Source of the DNA: Mobula birostris
Lineage: Eukaryota
DNA length: 64,000 nt
Direction: 5' to 3'
Assembly (NCBI RefSeq): GCF_030028105.1
Contig: NC_092370.1
Span: forward strand, 119,934,221-119,998,220
Below the pieces are notes generated by a model. The model saw only the letters and a list, made by a program, of their open reading frames with translations, was not told the origin of the DNA and made no database searches. Both the position numbers and the translations under genes were made by a program. Of this stretch, positions 39,701-49,100 are shown in pieces (positions within the stretch are counted from its first letter, which is position 1; each line of letters opens with the position of its first letter).

Positions 39701-39960
39701 CTCTATCGCTCTTGGTCCCATCCCCCTCACAAATTAGTTTAAACCCTCCCGAACCATGCTAGCAAACCTACCTGCAAGGATATTGCTCCCCCTCGAGTTC
39801 AGGTGCAACCCATCCAATCTGTACAGGTCCCACCTTCCCCCGAAGAGATCCCAATGATTTAAAAATCTAAAACCCTGCTCCCTGCACCAACTCCTCAGCC
39901 ACGCATTCAACTGCCATCTCCTCCAATGCTTACCATTTCTGTCACGTAGCACTGGCAGCA
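36743..39960 (-). mobile_element. Young 5'-truncated CR1 LINE: ORF1 C-terminus plus uninterrupted ORF2
   Basis: 3' tail (TTCTATG)n at 36743; ORF1 esterase-like end LNAWLRSWC..DGLHLN..REGLN*. Confidence 0.95.
36807..39758 (-). CDS. CR1 ORF2: APE-type endonuclease plus reverse transcriptase (frame open 39758-36807; ORF track starts at GTG 39698)
   Basis: YLNARSI, AITETW, MGDFN, GDSNH; YRPVSL, DFSKAFDKVPH, SGVPQGSVLGP, KFADD; no stops or frameshifts over more than 960 codons. Confidence 0.93.
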   Translation of the reverse strand, partial: HGSGGFKLICEGDGTKSDRAVKEVHGVKPDLTYREALRKEKQNKGCKDSKVEGLKCVYLNARSIRNKDDELRAWIHTWNYDVVAITETWLAPGQEWILNIPGFQCFKRDREGRKRGGGVALLVRDTITATERVGNVAGSSFESIWVEVRNRKGAVTLLGVFYRPPGSSRDTEEQIGRQILERCKNNRVVIMGDFNFPNIDWHLISSKGLDGAEFVKSVQDGFLSQYVDRPTRGNAIRDLVLGNEPGQVTDLSVDEHLGDSNHCSLAFIIIMEEDRIKEDSKILNWGKANYEAIRLELAGVNWDDVFAGKCTMDMWLMFRDLLRDVRDKFVPVRKIKNGRVKEPWVTSEVENLVRWKKAAYMRFRKQGSDGSIEEYREARKELKKGLRRARRGHEKVLASRVKEHPKAFFNYMKKKRMTGVKVGPIRDKGGKMCLEAVEVSEILNEYFSSVFTNERELDDGEDNMSEVDVLEHVDIKGEQMLELLKYIRTDKSPGPDGIFPRLLHEAREEIAEPLARIFMSSLSTGMVPEDWREANVVPLFKKGSRDSPGNYRPVSLMSVVGKLLEKILRDRIYRHLENYGLIRDSQHGFVKGRSCLPSLIEFFEEVTRHIDEGSAVDMIYMDFSKAFDKVPHGRLIQKVRRHGIQGSLARWIQNWLACRRQRVVVEGVHSDWKIVTSGVPQGSVLGPLLFVIFINDLDVGVEGWVGKFADDTKVGGVVDSVEDCQRLQRDIDGMQKWAEKWQMEFNPEKCEVVHFGRTNSKAEYKVNGKILGSVEEQRDLRVHVHRSLKVASQVDRVVKKAYEVLAFISRGIEFKSRDVMMQLYKTLVRPHLEYCVQFWSPHYRKDVEALEKVQRRFTRMLPGLESMHYDQRLRELGLYSLERRRMRGDMIEVYKIIRGIDRVDNQRLFPRAPLLNTRGHGFKVRGGKFKGDIRGRFFTQRVVGAWNALPESVVEADTLVKFKRLLDRYMEESKVGAYMGGRV

Positions 39961-39979
39961 AGCAAAATTGAATCACAGT

Positions 39980-40073
39980 CCTGCCGAAGGATTTTGGCCC
40001 GAAACGTCGACTGTACTTTTTTCCATAGATGCTGCCTAGCCTGCTGAGTTCCTCCAGCATTTTGTGGGTGTTG
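39980..40073 (+). mobile_element. 94-bp Penelope pLTR fragment starting at a hammerhead-like motif
   Basis: Flanked by direct repeat CACAGT (39974-39979, 40074-40079); same family as 9220-9325. Confidence 0.75.
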
Positions 40074-40834
40074 CACAGTGGATTTAATTTGGCTTTTTTG
40101 GCACTGATCAACAGAAAAAGACTCTTTTGTGTCAAAGTGAAAACAGATCTCTACAAAGTGATCTACAAACATTTGTAAATTAATTACAAGTATAAAACAC
40201 AAAATAATTGATTGCATAGATATTCACCCCCTTCAAATCAGTATTTAGTAGAAGCACCTTTGGCAGCAATTACAGCCTTGTGTGGATAGGTCCCTATCAG
40301 CTTTGCACATCTGGACACTACAACTTTTCCCCATTCTTCTTCACAAAACTGTTCAAGGTCTGTCAGATTGCATGGCGATCGTGAGTGAACAGCCCTTTTC
40401 GGGTCAGGTCTAGCCACAATTTCTCAATTATGGACTCTGACTTGGCCACTGCAGGACATTAATTTTGTTGTTTTTAAGTCATTCGTTTGTAGCTTTGACT
40501 TCATGCTAGGTGTTATTGTCTTGCTGGAAAACAAATCTTCTCCCAAGTTGCAGTTCTCCAGCAGACTGTACTAGGGTGTATCTGCACTTGTGCCACCCCC
40601 CGCCCCTGGCCCTCCCTCTGCCACCTGTCCTGCACCCCTCCTGCAGTGCGCCACCCTTGCCATTCCTAACATACTTTGCTCCTGCCAGATTTATAAACTT
40701 GCTTTCTGCTCCACATTGACAAATTCAATACCGTCCAAAAGTCTTAAGTACTGAATATATATATATATAACATACACACTCACATACACATACAGAGCTG
40801 TATATATGTACCCAAGACTGTTGCACAGTACTGT

Positions 40835-42440
40835 ACCCTGGTCAGTCCCCCGAAAGTACAACACCTCTCACTTGTCTGCATTAAATTCAATCTGCTACTT
40901 TTCAGCCCAACTGATCCAGATCCTGCTGCAAGCTTTGATAGTCTTACCTTGCTGTCAACTATACCCTCAATCTTGGTGTCATCCACAGATTCGCTAATCC
41001 TGTTACCACATTATCATCCAGGTCATTGATCCCTGCAGCACACCACTAGTCACAGGCCTCCAGTCAAAGACAATTGTCTACTACTCTCTGGTGAAGCCAA
41101 AGTCTTATCCTATTTACTACCTCATCTTGAATGCCAAGTAACTGAACCTTCTTGACCAACCTCCCTTAAAGGGCCTTGTTAAAATTCATATAGACAAGAT
41201 CCACTGCCTTACCTTTATCAACTTTCCTGGTAATTTCCTCAAAAAAACTCTATAAGATTGGTTAGACACGACCAACCACACACAAGGCCCTTTGACTATC
41301 CCTAATCAGTCCTTGTCTGAATACTTGATATATCTGGTTACTTAGCCCACTTCCAGTAACTTCCCTGCTACTACAGTCAGGCTCACCGGCCTATGCTGTA
41401 ATTTCCTAGCTTATTCTTAGAGTCTTTCTTAAACAGAATATTAGCTATACTCCCATCGTCCAGCACTTTACATATGGCTAGGGTTTTACATTTCTCTGCT
41501 AGTGCCCCTGCAATTTCTGCACTAGCCTCTGAGTCCAAGGGAACACCTCGTCAGATCCTGGGGATTTATTCACCCTAATTTGCCTCAAGACATCAAATAC
41601 TTCTACCTTTGTAATCTGCATAGGGCCCATGACCACATTGCTGCATTACCTCAAGTCTATAGATGGTGCCCATCTCCTGAGTTAATACAGATGCAAAAGA
41701 AAACCTCCCATCTCTCTTGGCTCCATGCATAGATTACCACTAATCTTCTAGGAGACCAATTTGTTATCCTTTTGCTCTTAATCTGTACAAGCCCTTCAGA
41801 TCCTCCTTCACCTTGATGAGTAAAGCAACCTCCCGTCTTCTTCTAGCCATCTTGATTTCCTTAAGTGTTTTCTTGCATTTCCTTTACTCCTTTAACACCT
41901 CATCCGTTGCTAGCTACATATTCCAGCTCTGCACCTTCTTTGTCTTAATCACAGCCTCCACCTTGCAAACCAAGGTTCCCTAGGTCTGTTATCTTTACCT
42001 TTTATTCTGACAGGAACATAAACTCTGAACTCTCAAAATCGATTTTGAAGGCTTCCCAATTACCAAGGACACCTTTGCTAGAAAACCACCTGTTCCAATC
42101 CACACTTTCCAGATCTTTTCTGACACCATCAAAATTGGCTTTTCTCCAATTTAGAATCTTAACCAGAGAAACAGACCTGTCCTTTTCCATAATTACCTTG
42201 AAACTAATGGAATCATGATCACTGTATGCAAAGTGTGCCCCTACACAAGCTTCTGTCACCTGCCCTGTCTCACTCCCTAATAGGAGATCTAGTATGACAC
42301 TTCCTCTAGTTGGGATTTCTACATATGATTCAGAAAACTTCCTGAACACATTTGACAAACTCTTTCCCATCCTGTCCTTTTACAGTATGAGTCCAAGTCA
42401 ACACTATGTAGAAAGTTAAAATCACCCACTATCACAACCT
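40835..42440 (-). mobile_element. Older decayed CR1 ORF2 (5' continuation of 36118-36691)
   Basis: PTRGSVILDLLLG, AYSDHDSISF and DDTKIEG fragments. Confidence 0.85.
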
Positions 42441-42689
42441 TTTCCCTCCATTGTCATCTACTGACATTGACAACTATGTGCTGTACTAAAGAAATGTGTA
42501 CTCTGGCACGTTGGGTTTAAAGTCGACAAAGCTCCAAATCGGGAGTTCACAACCTGGTATCCACAAACACCTTACTTAATGGTATTGGTCCATGGCATCA
42601 AAAAGGTTGGGAAGCCTTGCCCTAAATGATTACCTATCTAAAAGGACAGGGCTTTCATACATGCAAATTCAAGATGCTGCCACAAACCA

Positions 42690-45600
42690 ATTTCAAAAGA
42701 TATCATTTATTAAAAAGATATCAATTAAAAAATGCCATAGTATTTTACATCAGAAAATAATGTTACAGATATTCAGTTTTGCGTAGATGCAACAAAAGTT
42801 TGTGTCAATAACTATATACTGAAGACAAGCAATACTTCAGATGCATGATGATGCAAAAATTTCTAACTTTCACAGAAACAAGTATTAATGTAGAAAATGA
42901 GACAGTGCAATGATTAATCACAAGTCCCAAAACTACCTAGTATTTCTCCACACTTATTTCTTTCTACTCAAGCCAATGTAGAAGTCGACCTCTTGTGCTA
43001 ATGCACAAACTTCATCTAGGGAAAAAGTAGAAACCAAATTATCTTGGTGAAAACTGCAGTTTCGAGATAGGAACTGGTTTTCCTTCTGTGACCAAATCTG
43101 GTTATACTTCAATCCACGAACTAGCTTATCTGAGTCTTTTACAAATCATTGCTGATGTAAACAGTTTCAACCTGTTGCACTAGCCAAAGCAAATCTTGTA
43201 TTTTGCTAAGAATGAATTTTGAAGGATTTTACTGGAAAGATAGATGTTTCATCACACAATTCTAGACTTTTCACTGTGACTGGGGTTCCTGCCCACCTTC
43301 TCAACACACATTTTGAAAATCCATTGCAGTTTTAGCAGGTTACCTTCTGTGAGGTGCATTGTCATCTGTGCCCAGTAAAATGTTGGAGGATCTCGTGCAA
43401 GTCTTAAGGGGTAACCTAATGGTATAGCTTCTGAAGCTTCTGCTATGGAATGAATCCTTAGAAAGTTCAGTCTGTCAACTGTCCTGCAACTACTAAAGTA
43501 GAATTGATTTTGCACAATAATGTAAAACCTGCAACAGCAAGTAGACATCTTGTTTTATATCTCCATTTTTACTTTGCAAGCCAACAATCTAACCTTATCC
43601 CCAACATTGAAACCTTCCCACTGCTTCAGAGATTGAAGGATTAATTAACACTCCTTTCCATCTGTGAGAAAGCAAAAGCCAAGCTCTCCTACAATCTCTA
43701 TCCTCACACTAAGAATTTTCAGTTCTAACCATATGACAGCTTGAGCAATCAAGCCTTGGCACCTCAGTCAGGGCAGCTGTGGGAACTCAGATGGACAAAA
43801 AGATTGCAATTGTGTGTGTACTGCAGAACTCGGGTTGGCTTTGAAATGAAACGGTTGTTTCCAATGCTCATTCTGAAGCTTAATTGCTCCAAGATCACCT
43901 AAGAAAATAAACTACATATATTATGTTGCTTCTATAAGACTTCAAACAAAAGACTTTTATTGAGGGGAAATATTTTTAATGAAAGCAGTTATACATTTGG
44001 GAGCATCTACACTTAAAGCCTTATGGAATTCCAATAGTATTGTTAGCAGTAGCATTGTTCCTGATCCAATTACAGCCATTTAAAATGTATAAACTTTGAA
44101 TATCTCCCATAGCACATGTTCTCAGTTTATTGCCTAGGCTGTGACTATCTTATATGGAAACAGCCCAAAGTTTGCTTCTCATGTTGGTTTCCCAATGAAA
44201 TTTATCATAGGAATGGGATACTTTTCTCCATCCACTACCCAGTTCTTCTTGTAAAAAGGTTACTGAAACTTTTCATATTCCCATTACTTTCTTCACAACT
44301 TTGCAACCCTACCCAAACCAGTAATCACCTATCAAACCCATTAACATGCCACCAAATAGAAAAGAAATTACTGTTACTTGATTTAACAACCTTGATAGCT
44401 TATCAGATTCACCTCCACCCATTGATTATAGTACAAAACCAAAAGGGTTGAGACATCTGCAAAACAATTATTTTAAAAGCCTTAATTTTTCCTCCCAGAA
44501 TTGCCAGCGTCAGTGAGCAGTATACGAGTCTCAACTTCTGCAGAGTGGGCATTTAAGATAGAAGGTGAACTGAGAGCTGTAATATCAAGGGCCAACCAAG
44601 GCCAATCAGGAGTAGGTCTCCAAATCAGCCCACTTGCCAAACAGCTACAGCCAAGTGCTTTATCCCAATACAAGCTTAGTTCCATCCTTTTCAGTGGGTT
44701 GGAACAATTCTGAAATTGGAAAATTGCAAGGAAGTGTGGACAGTTTGCCGTGCTGCCTGTGGAACATGAACCCTGGCCTACACAAAAATCTCTTAAGATC
44801 TCCAAGTCTAATACCGGACCTATCATCTCCATTCCTACCTACACTGACTGTTCTCTCCCCCCACCCTCAAATCTCTGAGGGGAATTCCTTCTTTGTGGAG
44901 AAGCTATAGATTTTGGGCAATACCCACCCTCTCTCACTTCTTTCAGTACTAAAGATTTGCCCTATGCCAGATCATTGATGTGACTGGGAGTTCAATGCTG
45001 ATTGCAATTGAAAAATTACCAATGCCGTTCAATCACTGTCCAATCCCGCGCCTCTTGCAAAATAAAAAAAATAAACATGATTCCTTCATATTCAATTCAA
45101 AGCCATCAAAGCAGTTAGATGCAGGATCACCAGACAGTACTCTACCTTCAACTTATTGATAATGTATCATAAAAAAGTACAAATATAATAGCTATATTAA
45201 CAGCAACTAAAGTTAGTCCAACAGAACTATGGTCAAGTGCAAAACAGTCTGCTGCACTCTGCTACATCAGACATCAAAAAAACCTTCACATTACCATGTA
45301 AGGATCACACCTTGTGTGAGAATGAGATAGGAGGCTTTGTAAAGAACTCAGGCACTGAATCAGTAGCTTTACCAGGTTAGAGAGAGGGAAAAAAAAAATC
45401 AGTTGATAACTTCTTCGTTCAAAAACTGGTTCAGAAGCTTCTGCAGCTCAAGTTTATAGTCCACGTTACTGACAACTTGAGATCAGATGGGTGAAGAAAA
45501 CAACTTAAGGCAGTGTAGATTACTTCCACAATATCTCAGCAACTAATTAAGAAAGTATGGAAGGGACTAACCTAATCCATGCTATGGAACATGTGCATTT

Positions 45601-46025
45601 TAAAATCGACAAATCGGTGCAAAAGGATGTTTCTGCTATGGCAGAAACATACCATTAGCCATTTGCACGATTATCTAGAAACAGTACATGGGACTCTTCC
45701 TATACACTGCCACCACAATGCACATCAATCCCATTTTAGGAGCAACTGCTTCCTATCTGACATCTCGACTCTCCTCGAGATAGTGCCTCAGTAATTTCAA
45801 CTCCCAGAATTACCTCAAGCAATATTTACACACCATAATTTTATTGAGATATATAAAATAAACTTAAACCACTTCTATTACAGCTTCAGTGTAAAAAGGA
45901 AAGTATAAATATTATTGTACAGTATTTACATTGGTAAAAGCCAAGTATACAAAATTGGTAGCTCAGTTCTCAAGGCACAGCAAGAATCTCTTCCACACTT
46001 GGAACCTTCCAGAATTTTTTCAAGT
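42690..46025 (-). other. FBXO32: Probable long FBXO32 3' UTR with candidate poly(A) signals at 45840-45845, 43956-43961 and 42706-42711
   Basis: AT-rich, TE-poor 3.3 kb directly after the stop, in contrast to the TE-saturated DNA beyond ~42620; AATAAA hexamers on the minus strand. Confidence 0.6.
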
Positions 46026-46115
46026 TCAGAACTTGAACAGGCTGATGAATTCAAGGGGTGAAATAGAAGTGTAAGAGCCATCAGGGTCATTGGCTGTGCA
46101 AGGATGATTCGTATC
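46026..46115 (-). CDS. FBXO32: FBXO32 last coding exon to TGA
   Basis: tttcag|GAT ACG AAT CAT CCT TGC...TTC AAG TTC TGA. Confidence 0.95.
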   Translation of the reverse strand, partial: DTNHPCTANDPDGSYTSISPLEFISLFKF

Positions 46116-49100
46116 CTGAAAGCAAAGCACGAAAGGAACTTGTTATTGACCTGCATTGCTATAGTACTTGGTATATCTGTTAGGCATCTCCCATTACTTT
46201 ATAACTAATCAAGTACTTTGCAGTGTAGCCGTTGTTGCAGTATACAAAGCACAGCTGCTAATTTACACACAGCAAGCTCCTGCAAAGGCATCATAAGACA
46301 ACCGATCTGTTTGCATTGGTTGAATCAAGGAAGCAGCTGGAGACCCCAGTTATACATTCTACTGAAACAACCAAACATCTAACTTTTAACAATGTTGCAT
46401 TCTATGTTGCACTCAAAGTGATCGTCCAAATTTTTGGACAAGGACCCGTCCTACTTAGGGTCATGGCGGCCATTAGCTGCTAACAAAGTATCCTGAGGTT
46501 TCATTATTCATTGAACAGTAAAGCCAGCATTGACGTTCCTTTTCCGACTACCCTGCTTCTGGCATGGAGTCATTTTCTTGAAGAAATGCAGTCCTTCCGG
46601 TAAAGATGTTGTTGGTGAATGAATTGCAGGATTTTCAACCCAGGGATGATGAAAGAGCAGTGACACATTACAAAGCCAGGATGGCATGGGACTTGGGAGA
46701 CTGCAGATGCCGGGATCTGGAGCAAAGGTTGGGGGGGGGGGGGGGGGGAGGGCGGGGAAGCAAACTGCTGAAGAACTCAGCAGGTCTGGCAGCATCTCTG
46801 GAGGGAAAAGGATAGTCCATGTTTCAAGTCAGGAATGAGTTTCAGCAGGGGGAATCCTGGTGCAGGGTCTTGACCTGAAAGACAGACTATCCTTTTGCTT
46901 CCACATATGCTGCCCACTTGCTGAGTTTCTCCAGCAGGTTGTTCTTGGGTTGAGACTTGGGAACCTACACAGGATCGTGCACACGTGTGCCTGCTACCCT
47001 TGCATTTCTTTGTGGTAGATGTTATAGATTTGGGAAGTGCTGCTGGAGTGGCCTAGGAAGCCGCTGCAGTTCATCTTGTGGATGGTATACAGTACAACCA
47101 CTGTGTGCTGGTAGTGCAGGGAATCAACATTTCAGGTGGTAGGTGCCATGCCAAACATGTGACTTCTTTATTTCCTAATGCTGAAAATGTAGTAGATCCA
47201 AGAATACTGGACCTGTGGATGTCAAAACGATGCATTTGAATGCATTGACACATTGCTGGGTCCCAATTGCCTCAAGATCTTCTATTCCGAAATTTAAGAC
47301 AACAGTTGGAAATTAACTATTATGGTGCAAGGATAATGATCTAAACCAGTGAAGCCTTGCTCTACCTTCCAAAAGAGGATGTGGCAATGTCTGCAGAACT
47401 GGAGTGTGTCCCCATATTGTTCTTTCTTTGGGTAGCACCTCCCAAGTTTAAAGTACATCTTCTTCCAGTCCAAGTGCCCCTTCTCAGATAAAATGAGACG
47501 CTTGCGAATCTACAGTAGACATAAAAATGACAAATAAATAGGAGTCGAGTCCATTCGTAAGCAATATCCAAACGAAGACGTTTTAATTTGAAGCTTGGCA
47601 GTGACTTGGCTTGCTGTACCTGGCGCTCTGTGAAGTGGTATTGGCATAGTTTCTTCCACAGAAGCCTGTCCTCACTCAGCACTTGCAAGGTGGGGGACAC
47701 CTGACCAAGGTTGACAATATCTCGCCCATCAGACAACCTCTCCATGATGTTCAATTGCAGGCACATGGGGAGGTCGGTGAGGGTCACTCCTGTATTCGCA
47801 GGCTGTGAAACAAAAAAGGTTTAAGACACCCAGCCTCAGTTCTCAAGTACAACATTACAGACACCATATCCTATGATTGCCAATTCACACGAGCTCCCAG
47901 CATACCACTAACACAGCATACAGCACAGGAACAAGCTGTTCAGCTCAGTGTCTCAGTACTCCCGGTAAGTATCACAAATGGGGGGGTGGCAGGAGAGAAG
48001 ACCCCAGTGACTCTCTCAGGGGTTTTAAAACTGTTCCCTTTCAGGTCTTACGTCCGATGCCTCGTGGCATCCATACCACATGATGATGCAGCCAGTCAGG
48101 ACACAAAGAATCTAAATGATAAAGGGCCCTGACATTTGAAAGATGCAGCACGCCTGTAAAGCTTTAACACAGATCCTCGTTCTGTTCTAAATGCTTGGAT
48201 TTAAAATGGAAATTTGATACCTATGAATAAAAAAAATGTAGATATTTTACAAATATAAACCTATAAAACTTCTGCGTGGATACGGTTTTTATAGCAGGGA
48301 AATTTTTCTATCAAATCAATGGTAGATTATTAAAATTGGAGGATAAGCAATGGGAGTACAGAGATTTTGAATAACATTGGCTCTGCAGAAAATTGGAGTT
48401 GCCCGAGGGCTGTACAGGCCAAAACACTGGGTGTACTTAAGGCAGAGATTGACAGGTTCTTGGTTAGCAAGAACAGAAAGGTTCAGGGAGAAGGCAGGAG
48501 AATGGGATTTAAGTTATCCATGATTGAGCAGCAGAGAAGACAAGGTGGCCAAATGGCCCAATTCTGCTCCCCTGTGTTATGGTCTTATTGTTGGGTAGAC
48601 TAGTGGCTGGACCTCCAGAGTTCCTGCTTGCCCACCACTTACCCTGATGATCCGAATGTTGTTCAGCTGCTGCTGCCAGTGAAGAATGACCTCCATTCTG
48701 TAGACCCAGGTGTTTATATTTCCTACCAGGACACACTTCCCTACACCTTTGACCAGTGCACAAATGGTGGCGTACAGACTATTGAGCAGCTCCTTAATTA
48801 GCCGGATATCACGTTGGTCTTCTATCACTGAAGTGGAAAAATAATTCTTAATATTAGAAAACAGTGCATCACGAAAAATGTTATCATTGTTGGGGTTGCA
48901 GGAATAAACTGCAAGGCTGGAGATGGCTACAGAAACAGGAAGCAGCAACGATGCTAGCTTCAGAATAAGTCGAGATGAATATCTTGCCAAAAATGGGAAG
49001 TACTTGCAATAAATAATCCTGGCATCATTTTAAGAAGTATTCCTTTAGAACAGGGGGTTTCAAACTTTTTTTTATGCCAAGGAGTCTGTGGACCCCAGGT

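Larger units (their letters stand above)
36694..40575. mobile_element. Tc1-like DNA transposon remnant (36694-36742, 39961-39979, 40074-~40575) interrupted by later insertions
   Basis: TA|CAGTGCCTAGAAAAGGTATTCGCCCCCTTG end; internal repeat TATTCACCCCCTTC and AGCACCTTTGGCAGCAATTACAGC typical of fish Tc1 elements. Confidence 0.7.

Noticed and set aside
47362-47787. ORF-track ORFs 47362-47787, 48577-48990, 2398-2748, 5663-5920 and 11000-11197 as standalone genes
   Set aside because: They are exons of FBXO32 or NTAQ1 read through into intron sequence.
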